A DNA stretch of 64,000 nt from Girardia tigrina (Eukaryota), in the NCBI GenBank assembly GCA_001938485.1, contig MQRK01229233.1, forward strand, positions 1 through 64,000. Direction: 5' to 3'. The notes beneath the pieces are model-generated. The model made no database searches. It saw only the letters and a program-made list of their open reading frames with translations, and had not been told where the DNA came from. A program made the position numbers and the translations under genes. Shown piece by piece: positions 1 through 10,859 of the stretch; position 1 is the first letter of the stretch; each line of letters starts with the position of its first letter.

Positions 1-478
1 ACTGTGGGCATTCGACCCCACTTTACACTATATTATATTAAAACATGAATACATTGCACTTTGTACAATAGTTAAATTATTGATTTAATGACAGTCTAGG
101 CTGCCTAGGCTTAGTACAGTATTGATGAGCACAAGTGCAGTATTGATTAGCCCAGGCAGCACATGTGCAGCACATGTGTAGAATTGATTTTTTACACTTT
201 TTTGATAGTTTTTACATGGTTTCAATGATTTTAAAGGTATTTTTCATGATTTTAAGGTGTTTTTCATGGTTTTTAAGGTGTATATATCAAATAATATAAC
301 ATAGTATAATATCATTTTATTATTATATTATATAATATTTGTATACATAATGTGCATATGTTCGAAAAAGCAATATGTATTCATTTTTCAAAAATCTAGG
401 ATCATATTCATATATGAGTTATTATACATGTGTTCAGACAGATTTTCGATATTTTGCTTGCTTCGCTATCTATACCCT

Positions 479-647
479 ATGGGCATTCGGCCCAACTGTG
501 GGCATTCGCCCCCACTGTGGGCATTGGACCCCACTGTGGGCATTGGGCCCCACTGTGGGCATTCGGCCCCACTGTGGGCATTCGGCCCCACTGTGGGCAT
601 TCGGCCCCACTGTGGGCATTGGGCCCCACTGTGGGCATTCGGCCTCA
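479..647. repeat. 20-bp minisatellite (CCACTGTGGGCATTCGGCCC)n, ~8 copies; part of a larger repeated unit (1-43 recurs at ~628-670)
   Basis: Tandem units directly visible; ORF track shows the 20-aa periodicity expected of a 20-nt unit. Confidence 0.95.
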
Positions 648-789
648 CTTTACACTATATTATATTAAAAACCAAGTGAACCGGAACGGTTGCTGCCTAT
701 GTTATGGTAACCGTGACCGTTGCTGTGGTGATGGACACCGTTGCTGTGGCGAATGCCGGCGTTCACCGGCACCGTTGCTGTAGTGAATG

Positions 790-906
790 CCGGCGAACGC
801 CCCCAGTGCCGCCGAACGCCCACCAGTGCTGCCGAACGCCCACCAGTGCCGCCGAACGCCCACCAGTGCCGCCGAACGCCCACCAGTGCCGGCGAACGCC
901 CCCAGT
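790..906. repeat. 20-bp minisatellite (GAACGCCCACCAGTGCCGCC)n, ~5-6 copies
   Basis: Tandem units visible; reverse complement shares CACT(G)GTGGGC(A/G)TTCGGC with the 479-647 array. Confidence 0.9.
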
Positions 907-998
907 TTCGCGACCGTTGCTGCCTAGGCTAGGGAACCAAGGAACCAATCAGAAGCGTTTCTAAGGTGATCGCGACCGTTGCTAAGGTGATCGCAACC

Positions 999-1046
999 GT
1001 TGCCATGGTAACCCCGCGGGGTAACTGGTTACGTAACCATGGCAAC
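999..1046. promoter_or_regulatory. Two RFX X-box-like palindromes (GTTGCCATGGTAAC 999-1012; GTAACCATGGCAAC 1033-1046)
   Basis: Close match to the X-box consensus GTTGCCATGGCAAC; function not shown. Confidence 0.4.
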
Positions 1047-1084
1047 CACGGTAACTAGTTACGACCCCCTTCGGGGGGGGGTCA

Positions 1085-1995
1085 TGTGGGGAGAATGCCC
1101 ATTTTTCCCCTACTTGCATCAATATATTTTACGCTCGTTTTATTTGTGTTTTCTTCCCGTTCCAACAACGGAAGTTGGTGGTGCAAACTGCATACGCCAA
1201 ATTGGTGTCAGATGTGGGAACTTCCCACCACAATCGCAGACCGATCTCAAATGATTCATCGCCATGGGGAGCTGTTAGCGAAGCTGAGCAAGTCAGACAC
1301 GTAAATTTTTGTCTACCTACTTTCTTATCCACGTGTTTCTTTCATTTAATCGGGGGATGCGTCTTATCTCATACTACTTTCCACTCTTCTCGTGTTGTCT
1401 TCCGGTACAAGACCATGCCGAGATTGCCGACCGTATTACCGATGCAATTGGCCACAACTCCTGCCCCCATATGCCCCGATACAGTCCATTCAAACACCAG
1501 CACAGGCTCATTCCGCAGCAATCGTACACCAACCCCAAACGATCGACGGCATTGCTACACTCACCGCACGGATAGCTTTCCTGGAGGCGAGAGACAATAG
1601 CTCCAAGGGTGCTGAGCGACGACAACCACGGCCTCAACCAACCACTACGAGAACTTATGATACACAATGTTATTTCCACCGCAGATTCGGAACGCTTGCT
1701 AAAAAATGCCAACCGGGATGTACATTTCCTTGTGTTCGCGATCAACTAACGGTCACGGACACATGCATTTGGCACTCACAATTCGGGACGGCAGCGACCC
1801 GTTGTGCATCTGGCTGCCATCTGAACAAAGAAAAAAACTGAGACCACCACTCATTCGTCCAGCCGATGCTACCTCTTACTACAAATCATCCTAATCTTCA
1901 AAATAAAAATGTCGATTATTTCCAACGGTTGTGATCCGCCCGACCCTCAGGTCGCCCCGAGAATCAGACGGAGGTCGCAGTGTGGCGCAGCGAAA
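1085..1995 (+). mobile_element. Non-autonomous Gypsy (CsRn1/Boudicca-type CHCC gag) LTR element remnant: short LTR 1085-1199, tRNA-Leu-type PBS 1203-1219, truncated gag
   Basis: TG...CA, 3-nt spacer, TGGTGTCAGATGTGGGA; gag peptide (AEIADRI) and two Cx2Hx9Cx3C motifs; AAAAAAC before the gag stop. Confidence 0.75.
1392..1841 (+). pseudogene. Truncated gag C-terminus with two CHCC zinc motifs
   Basis: CYFHRRFGTLAKKCQPGC and CIWHSQFGTAATRCASGC in the ORF track; the upstream ADRI motif is in another frame. Confidence 0.75.
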
Positions 1996-2009
1996 TTTTA
2001 TTCATCATT

Positions 2010-3714
2010 TTCATCATTATTCATTATCTCCACATTCATAACTTCAGCATGAATTTCGATCCATCTCTGATACTCAAACAGTACAGCTCCAGGAAGTTTC
2101 TTCATTAATGACTGTAATATTACTCCATCCAGAAGTTCAACTTCCCGGTTCATCTACTTAAAGCGGGTTATCAAATTTTCGACCAGTTCGGAGAATTTTT
2201 CAATCTCTCTGACTGATACCTCTTTTACGCACGGAATAAATCTATATCTTCCAGTACTGAAAGACATAGTTGCCTCGCTTCTCAAAATCTTGAGTCCAGT
2301 CGTTGCAATGCCATGTCAAAGTGTGACATACCATAAGTTTTCCTTTAGCTTTAGGTTTGGCCAGGGTCATTTTTAAGAAATATTCACTGAGGGGGCACAA
2401 GCTTTCTGGAATGGTCATGTGCTGAAATACAGTAACTTTTTTGTAACTGATGAAAATAGTTATTTTTCTTTGTTTTATAATGGCTTTTCCTAGTTCAAGC
2501 AGTTTGTTTATCAAGTATTCTCAGATTTTGAAGAAGAAAATACAATTGCGACCCGACCAATAACTTTTTATCAACATCCCAACACGAGATATATTACACA
2601 ACACTTCAACACATGTTACCTTTTGAAAAATGAATTTACAAAAAAGTTTCTTTCTAAATAAATACCCAGAGTTGGGTTCCTTTCTCCTCTTTCTTTCACT
2701 CGCAAAAACTCTGCCACATCACTGCGAGGATCAAACAGGCAGAGCCACTTGTAATTCATTGCGATCATCACGCAAGAGTAGGCTGTCTCAGCTTAGATGA
2801 TCATGAAATGGGCTGAAACATTTAAGTTGAATAAATAAAAAAGTTTCTCTGGAAGCATGTTATGAGAAGTGATTTTATTTTTCAAGTACACCGCTGCACA
2901 GCTGAAGGAATGTTTTCAACTTAAGTGTAGGTAAAGCATTTCATAGACTCTCGATCATTTGCCATTGCTCAGCACAGTCATTATCAACCAACTGTATTTC
3001 TTCTGTAAACAAACATCGTGTTATTTTTACTTCTGCCTTAATAAATGCTTCCAGTTCTGCTGCTTTAAAAACAGCTAACAAGTGTTGGACTACCTCTTCT
3101 TGATTCACATGTAGAATGAATGAAAAGTTTGTATAGATGGTGAGTTTGCTCGCAATGGCACTGTTTACTTAATTTATGACTGTCGTGGAGATATAATTGT
3201 AAAAGGCAAGACTGTCATTGATCACATAGACTCAGTCTTTCAGTACTCACATCACTCTTTGCTTAAATGTTAGTAAATTACCATACGAATGTTGAATTTC
3301 TTATCTCACTCACCGTGGGCCAATCTGAAATAAGGACAATCTGAAAAGAGCCAAGAATTGTATTTCTGTTTGCGTCTTCTGCTAGAACAGCAAAAGCATC
3401 AGGTTATGATCACGAAAAATAGAAAGGTAGTTTTGAAGATCAGTTTGGATTTTTGATTATTTCCAAAATGCTCCTAAGTCTGTAACTTTTGCCTTGGACT
3501 GGGGAGAATTTTTCTCGCTTAAGGGGCAAATTTCCCCTTATTCAATATGTTAAAAGAGGCCCTGGAGATGGTCCACTTAGTATTGCAGCAAACAGAGAAG
3601 ATTCTTTTCCTTTGGAACCTCTGTATTCTCGGTGTAATTTCTCGATACGGCCCTTCAATATTCGTATTCTTTTAAGTTTCCACTGAATAATGGAATCGAT
3701 AATTTCTTAAATCC
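2010..3714 (-). pseudogene. BEL/Pao gag (DUF1759-like) remnant, split in two (3565-3714 and ~2010-2361) by a hAT insertion
   Basis: Manual translation: KKLSIPLFSGNLKEYEY*R...LLQY; then ALQRLDSRF...LEDIDLF...IEKFSELVENL...LMKKLPGAVLFEYQRWI, typical Pao gag motifs. Confidence 0.7.
2362..3564. mobile_element. Degenerate non-autonomous hAT-like DNA transposon
   Basis: CAGGG...CCCTG imperfect TIRs (CAGGGTCATTTTTAAG / CAGGGCCTCTTTTAAC); interrupts the Pao gag exactly; TSD degenerate. Confidence 0.6.
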
Positions 3715-4080
3715 GGATAACAACTAAAATGAAAATTGAGGTGTAAGACTAAGTATAGTCAAAGACAAACCGGAATAAAGAAAAAAGATAAGTGTGAAGG
3801 ATTCTACAAAGCGATCAAGAGGATAGAAAACAGAAGATATGACTTAGACATAAAGATGATAAAATCATTGATTGTAATGTTGAAAAAAGAAAAAAAAATT
3901 CTTAAAAAAAGGGGATATAAGAAGTTACTTAAAAATTCATCCTCCAAATAATTTATTTAGAAAATTAAAATGTAATATTATAATTTAAAAAACTTAAAAA
4001 ATAAACTAAATTCAAAAATCGAAAAAACCTTAAATAAAATTTTTAAGAAAAAAGCAATTTAGTACAAAAATTAGGACATT

Positions 4081-4470
4081 TTTACCACGTTTTTATTAGC
4101 TTGCTTTCTTGTCTGTCTGTTTGTCTGTTCTTCTATCTGAAACAAATCTTGCGATTGATTTTTCGACCACCTTCAGTCATCCAATTCAGCTGAATTTTTT
4201 TATACAGGCTTGCTTGAGATGACAATACAATTTGATAAAAAAAAATTTTGAAAAAAAATAATTTTTTCTAATTCTTTTTGCAAAAAAACACTTACGATTA
4301 TCTACAAATTTATACACTGTATTAAATAGCAATCTTTTCGTTTATTTTCATGAATGAAGTTTTATACAGGCTTGCTTCCGATGACAATACAATNNNNNNN
4401 NNNNNNNNNNNNNNNNNNNNNNNNNNNNNNNNNNNNNNNNNNNAACGTGGGGCATAGAAATAATCGATTG
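4081..4470 (+). mobile_element. Helentron-associated (DINE-1/HINE-like) non-autonomous element
   Basis: T-run start, subterminal inverted repeat ACCACGTTTT / AACGTGGGG, (GTCT)n microsatellite near the 5' end. Confidence 0.45.
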
Positions 4471-5632
4471 TTACTAAAAAGCAGTAAAGAGGAAATAGCA
4501 GTTACTAATAGCAGTAATTCAGAAATCCACCCCACGTTTTTGGTTAGGTATAAAATTTCTCAGATGTCTAGAAAAAAATTATTTTCCTCTTTTTAGTGCA
4601 TTGGTAATGCTTGAAAAACGTGGTTGTTTTTATAAAAAAATTTTTTAATTAAAGGTTTTTCAAAAAATAAAATTTTTGACTCTCATGATTTTCTTATACT
4701 GAATACGATATTGTAAAAATAATGAATTCGCCGATTTATCAAATTCACTATATTTACTATAAATAAAAAAATAGACAAACAATGTTCAAAATAGGCTAAT
4801 CCAAAAGATAGAACAATGTTGGATTAACCTGATTGCAAGCTAACGTTGTTAAAGCAAACAATAGTGAAAAAATAAAAAAAACACTGTTATATAACAAACT
4901 TTTAATCAGCAAGAATGTTAGGGTTTTGGAAAATACATATGAACACTTCTTGATAAAATTTTATATAAGCAAAAATGTAAAATAATTCTTTTGGAAAAAT
5001 TATTAAGCTAAAATAAAATAATATTTAGTCTAGCAAAAGTTGGAATTAAAAATTAAAAATATTTTAGTCTTTGTTTTAATTCATAAATTTTCAAGGCCGA
5101 TGAAAATAACTATATAAACAGCAGCAAATTTAGTTTTAGTTTGCCCAAAAATATTTGCTGAAAAGTTCACCTAAGAAGAGTTCACGTAAACAAGTAAAGT
5201 GAATACCAAATTTATTTTATTTTTATTTCATACTTTAAAATATTGTTTATTAAAGAAACCATAAGTATCCCGTATGGGAGAAAAAGGTTTTTAAATTTTA
5301 ATTTTAATCAAATCATCGTTCGTTTTTGGAGATTCACAGTTTTTACTGTAATCTGTTAACTCGCACGAAATATTGATTTGTGTTTGTGTTCTGTCATCAA
5401 GAATTGAATTATTATTATTGTTTTTGACTTGTTAATTTGTGTTATTCGAAATAAAGTTTCATAAAGAATTTGTGTTCATTATTCATATATTTATGTTGGA
5501 AGTCCTTTCTGATTAATTGGAGTCAGATCAAAGATTTAAGATTTCAGATTAAAGATATAAAGATTAAAGCTTAAAGTTTAAAGAATAAAGACTAAAGAAT
5601 AAAGAAATAAACGCAATTTAAAACTATATTTT

Positions 5633-5677
5633 AGGATAATATATTTCGACGGTTTAACAGTCATCATCAGATCACTG
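5633..5677 (-). ncRNA. Minimal type I hammerhead ribozyme (PLE-associated)
   Basis: GAU-CUGAUGA-U-GAC(uguuaaacc)GUC-GAAA-UAUAUU-AUC. Confidence 0.8.
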
Positions 5678-6247
5678 ATTATGTTCTTTTTTATTGCTTT
5701 TATATAAGAAATAAATGATTATACAATCACTTACGTAAGTCTAATCGAAAACTCTTAACAAATTAGTTGAGAGTGCTGTTTGAACATTGATTTTAGGATC
5801 ACATGATCTTATCAACAATGCTTCACATGACACTCTCTCCCAATAATTTTTAAAATGCTTGCACAAAATCTTAAAATCATTTATGCTCATATTACATTTA
5901 CACGTTTTTTATGCTCAGCAATATTACACTTTCCCTCTTTTTGACTGTGTTCTTGGACTCAAGATTGTGTTCTAGAAACGAGATTGTTAAAGAATTAACA
6001 CTGATCAGATTTGCACTATTTAATGTAAGTGATGTTTTTTGTTTTCATTTATGTATTGTTATATCGAATAATAACTCTAAAAAAACCAATAAAATTAAAA
6101 TGGCTGCACAAAATAAAAAATTATTTAACTTGAAGAAATTGTTTGGTGTATTTAAATTTAATGTCGAAAATACTGTTTTAAATTTAAGTCAGACGGTTTT
6201 GTTTAAATATGAACTCAACTTATTAAAATATACTTTAAAATTACTTT

Positions 6248-7004
6248 TGTTGAGCAACGTTCGGGCCCATAGGAACGTGCCCCAATCTTGAATCTCCCAA
6301 TCGTCAATTGTGGTCCTTAAGAGGACCGTATTTCTTTCGCCAATTAATTGATTGATTTTTTTCCGAGAATTTTAGGTCTCTTTGTTTGTGTTAGGGAACA
6401 GTTTGTTCGTTCATATATAGAACATGATATTCCACAAAAAGATCTTCGTAAACTTTGTACAACTTATCGAATCCTCGAACCATTCGTTTCATTATCAGCC
6501 GATATTCGTACAAAGTCCAACATTTACAAGGATACGGTACTTTCCCGGTTTCTTTTAATATTGTTTGGAATTTGTTTTCTTCTTGAATTATCAGCTGACA
6601 GACTTTCGTTTGCAGTTTTATTTCATGATCGAACTTCCGTTTGTCTTTCTTTTCTTTTCTTGTCAACTTTCTTTTCTCAGGAGTCGTAATCGAATTCGTC
6701 TTTGTCTGTTAAATTTTCAATCATTTTGTCATTTAATTTTAATAATTAAAAAATCAAATTTTTATTTTATATCAAATCTAATTATCTAATTAATACATTA
6801 AAACAAGTAACATTAATCATATTTTCCCTTCCTTTTTTACATTTTTCTCTATTCTTAATAACAAAAGTAATTTTAAGTTTTCTTGTTTTTTTTCTTTTAA
6901 CAGTAATTTCTTTAAATAAATATAAATATATATATATATATAATTCATTGGAATTGGAATTAAATTTCAATTCCAAATTTAATTTTTAATTTCGATCTTG
7001 AACA
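6248..7004. mobile_element. TG...CA-bounded insert (possible solo LTR) interrupting the PLE ORF, bracketed by a 23-bp direct repeat (6209-6231 / 7009-7031)
   Basis: ATGAACTCAACTTATTAAAATAT duplicated; TGTTGAG / CTTGAACA ends; PLE frame resumes after it. Confidence 0.55.
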
Positions 7005-7094
7005 AAAGATGAACTCAACTTATTAAAATATGGCCATAAACACTCTATTAAAAATATATTTGATAAAAATAAGTTTAAGGCAAAAATTGAGGCA

Positions 7095-7928
7095 ATGTAC
7101 GGTTTTTATGTTACAAATCCTATTTATTTGAATAATATTAATTTTAATTTTACTAATTTTAAACGCGCTTTAAATAAAAGTGCTAACGAATATTTAAACA
7201 AAAGTTTGAAACAAAACAATAAAGATTTTTGTATTGAACATGTGTTTCTTTTTCTAGATTACATGAATTCGATTCATCCAAATATAATCTTTTCAGTAGA
7301 ACAGGAAATAAACGGAAAATTACCATTGCTTGATTTGTTAATTGAAAGGAAAAATGATCATTATGAAACTGAAATATATCGAAAGAAAACTGATACAGGT
7401 TTGTACACCTCCATAAACAGTTTTTGTGAGTTTAAATATAAAAGGAANNNNNNNNNNNNNNNNNNNNNNNNNNNNNNNNNNNNNNNNNNNNNNNNNNNNN
7501 NNNNNNNNNNNNNNNNNNNNNNNNNNNNNNNNNNNNNNNNNNNNNNNNNNNNNNNNNNNNNNNNNNNNNNNTCATTTAAAGTTGAGAATATGTTTTGCAA
7601 TAAATCACATACTCCTTTAGGATTGTGTTCGGACATTGTTTATCAATACACATGTAATAGGTGCAATGCCACATACATCGGAGAGACTGCTCGTCATCAC
7701 TACAAACGAGTCCAAGAACACAGTCAAAAAGAGGGAAAGTGTAATATTGCTGAGCATAAAAAAACGTGTAAATGTAATATGAGCATAAATGATTTTAAGA
7801 TTTTGTGCAAGCATTTTAAAAATTATTGGGAGAGAGTGTCATGTGAAGCATTGTTGATAAGATCATGTGATCCTAAAATCAATGTTCAAACAGCACCATC
7901 AACTAATTTGTTAAGAGTTTTCGATTAG
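7095..7928 (+). CDS. PLE deletion-derivative ORF: N-terminal region fused to RT thumb and GIY-YIG endonuclease (partly N-masked)
   Basis: ORF track, 277 aa; motifs as above. Confidence 0.7.
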   Translation: MYGFYVTNPIYLNNINFNFTNFKRALNKSANEYLNKSLKQNNKDFCIEHVFLFLDYMNSIHPNIIFSVEQEINGKLPLLDLLIERKNDHYETEIYRKKTDTGLYTSINSFCEFKYKRXXXXXXXXXXXXXXXXXXXXXXXXXXXXXXXXXXXXXXXXXXSFKVENMFCNKSHTPLGLCSDIVYQYTCNRCNATYIGETARHHYKRVQEHSQKEGKCNIAEHKKTCKCNMSINDFKILCKHFKNYWERVSCEALLIRSCDPKINVQTAPSTNLLRVFD

Positions 7929-7991
7929 ACTTACGTAAGTGATTACATAATCATTCATTTCTTATATAAAAGCAATAAAAAAGAACATAAT

Positions 7992-8036
7992 CAGTGATCT
8001 GATGATGACTGTTAAACCGTCAACATATATTATCCT
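7992..8036 (+). ncRNA. Hammerhead ribozyme copy with damaged GAAA core (AACA)
   Basis: Inverted twin of 5633-5677 with two core substitutions. Confidence 0.6.
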
Positions 8037-8252
8037 AAATATATTTTTAAATGGTGTTTATTTGTTTATAATAAAAAATTGCCATCTTTTTTCAAGTTTA
8101 TTTGTAAAGAATAAAGATTTACGATTAAAGATAAAGATTTGTGTTTAAAAAGTAAACATTTGAAATTAAAGATAATTTAATACCCAACAAGAACATTAAG
8201 CATAATACAGACGGATAACATAACTCGGTAATTAATTATTATTATTACTTAA

Positions 8253-8489
8253 CCCTTTCCAGCCCATTGTTGCCATATGACAACATATTTGAAAAATTAA
8301 ATTACAGTTATCTCTTTTACCCAATTTAAATTTTACACATAGTAATAGTTTCTAAAAAGTCTAATAGATGACACTACATATATTAAAATGCAAAAAAACG
8401 CGATTCTCACCTTGTTTCTTAACAATTTAAATCAACAAAACAACAATAAAAATTTTTTTTTCAAAAATAATAATTTGGGCAGGAAAGGG
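8253..8489. mobile_element. piggyBac-like MITE
   Basis: TTAA|CCCTTTCCAGCCCA ... TGGGCAGGAAAGGG|TTAA. Confidence 0.85.
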
Positions 8490-8659
8490 TTAATATCAAT
8501 TCATTTATTGATTATTTATTTTTAAAATTTTTATTCAGAATTATTATTTTCCTCTTTATTAATAATCAACTTTATTAATTGCAATCAAATAACTCTCTAA
8601 CAGAGAGTTAAAAAATACAAAACACTATCAGATGAAGAAATAGGTTCTAAGTTGGACTA

Positions 8660-9526
8660 GAATAAGTTAATCACTTCAAATATTATCTGCATTTCTATCA
8701 GACTGTAATTTCGTCAATTTTGTGATATATGCTTTAAAGTAGGAATACTGAATCTTGCTGGTAGTTTCAACGTATTCTCGGCTTATTTCATTAGCCACAG
8801 TCCGATCATTGGCCAGAAGAAATTCATTAAAAAATCTGTATTTGAGCATCATATTTTGTGGTACTTGAAAATTTGTCATCGGTTTCCTGAAGGCATAAAT
8901 TTTTAGAAGAAGATATTCACGTATTTAAGAAATGGCTTTGATTTTCAGTTATTCGAGAATATCAGATACATCCTGAGCCGATTTGGCATCTCTAAAAGAT
9001 TGTTCTTTTACGAATTTCAATTTATGATCGAATTCGTGTAGTTGTTCCAGTAAATGACGTTTTGTGACTGGCGTGTCGAGAATATGATTCATCATTTGTT
9101 CTGGCACTACCATTTCTGCCACAAACTGACACAATTCACCCGAACAATCTGTCTATTTTGCAAGCATTGATACATGTGCAATGACTTCTTTAGCAAAGAT
9201 TGAATATCAGTACTAATTGATCCGAGATCATTATGGAAATTGAATAAAATATCTTCCATCCGTTTAAGAATCGCATCAGACCAAATAATTTGTTGGTAAA
9301 GCTCGATGACTTTATCACGTGATTTGACGTAATCTTCAATCGATCAATTCTCCGCAGAAATCAATTCCTATTTGATCAGATACGAATATTCTCGTAAATC
9401 GATACCCGATTTTAGTTCTTCTCGATCAATTTAATCTTGTAAATTGGCTTGGATGTGGTCTCCGACTTCTTCAATTAGAATATCGTCAGATAATATATCG
9501 AAATTATCCGAAGAATTATCACACAT
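8660..9526 (-). pseudogene. VPS52: VPS52 (GARP/EARP subunit) N-terminal fragment, intronless pseudogene
   Basis: Translation DILSDDILIEEVGDHIQANLQD...KSGIDLREYS...LKRMEDIL...LEQLHE...KIYAFRKPMTNFQVPQNMMLKYRFFNEFLLANDR...EYVETTSKI matches remembered VPS52; in-frame TAA, TAG, TGA and a frameshift near 9140. Confidence 0.9.
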
Positions 9527-10249
9527 TTTTCAGATGAAAATATTATTTAAAAATGAATTTTTTGAAAGTTTAATTTGTAATTTGTAAATTTGATTGTTAC
9601 TATATTTGATTTGTATTTCATTTGGTTGAGTAGAATTTGTAATTTTTCGTTAGGATTTGTAGATGACTTTTGATTGAAAACAGAAATTGGATTAATTATT
9701 TGTAATTGCCAAAGGATTTGATATTTCTACGTAGGAATATATAACTGGCACGTAGTCTAAATTCCGTTAATGTTAACAAATTAATTATTATCCTTGTTGT
9801 GTTTGCAACTCGCTCTTTTACTGTGTCAACAAATATTTACGCACATCCACCATCAAACGAACATGTATAGATCAACACATTTGCGTTGATAAATGTATTA
9901 CAGATATAAACGTAACAAAATTTTTAAGGCAAAGTTTATTTGTATATTTTTTGAATAACTGTAAGAAAATTTTGAGTTTCAATTACATGATGGTGGTTTT
10001 AGAAAAAATCGAATTGAAAGAATTATGCGCTAGACTTCAGTATTTGATTAGGCAAGTCTGCTTGATAGAGAATGTGATGGTAAGCTAACATATTTTGTAA
10101 ATAATTTTTCGATTTAAATTTATTAATATCTGTAATTAAGTATAACTTTAAAGCGTACTATAACTGATTTGGACGGGGTAAATGATCCAGAGAAGAATTT
10201 AACACGGATTTCACCTGTTGATAAAAGAGTGTTATTTTAAATAGGGAGC

Positions 10250-10710
10250 GACGATGTATCGTTTAACGATGAGTCGATGTATCGTTTACGATGCTTGTTT
10301 CGATGCATCGTTTACGGTGCATCGCAACACGCATCGTTTACGATGCATCGAAAGACTGCAGCGTTCACGATGCATCGAAAGACTACATCGTTAACGATGC
10401 ATCAAAACACGCATCGTTAACGATGCATCGAAAAAGCCTTCATCGTTAAACGATGCATCGAAAGACTGCAGCGTTCACGATGCATCGAAAGACTACATCG
10501 TTAACGATGCATCGAAACACGCATCGTTTACGATGTATCGATAAAACTTTCATCGTTAAACGATGCATCGAAAGACTACATAGTTAACGATGCATCGAAA
10601 CACGCATCATTTATGATGCATCGGAAGACTGCATCCTAAAGGATACATCGAAACACGCATCGTTAACGATGCATCGAAAAACCTTCATCGTTAAAGAAAG
10701 CATCGAAAAT
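10250..10710. repeat. Left subterminal array of CGATGCATCG/GTTAAC palindromes
   Basis: Directly visible. Confidence 0.95.
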
Positions 10711-10859
10711 AACAATTTAATATAAAGCAGTTGAATTCAAATCTAAATTTTTATTTGGTCATTGATATTTACTATTGTGATATAATAATGGCAAAGAAAA
10801 TTTACAAAAAAGGAAACAAGAAAATTTCAAATTTATTTTTGGAAAATTGAATCCAACTA

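Larger units (their letters stand above)
5618..8060 (+). mobile_element. Penelope-like element, internally deleted, with inverted 5' copy of its 3' end (5618-5958 is the reverse complement of ~7712-8060)
   Basis: N-terminal VLNLS...ELNLLKYG; RT thumb (LDLLI, YRKKTDTGLY); GIY-YIG-type (IVYQYTC..CNATYIGET) with CCHH; RT core absent. Confidence 0.9.

Noticed and set aside
350-964. Multiple overlapping ORFs of 60-117 aa
   Set aside because: By-products of stop-free 20-bp minisatellites
1977-1995. Resemblance to the 5' end of initiator tRNA-Met (GCAGTGTGGCGCAGCG)
   Set aside because: No rest of the cloverleaf or B-box; equally explained as a TGTGG LTR start
8660-9526. Alternative genetic code explaining the VPS52 stops
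   Set aside because: All three stop types and a frameshift occur, which fits pseudogene decay
10250-10710. CRISPR-like appearance of regular palindromic repeats
   Set aside because: No unique spacers or cas genes; mirrored at the other end of a hAT element
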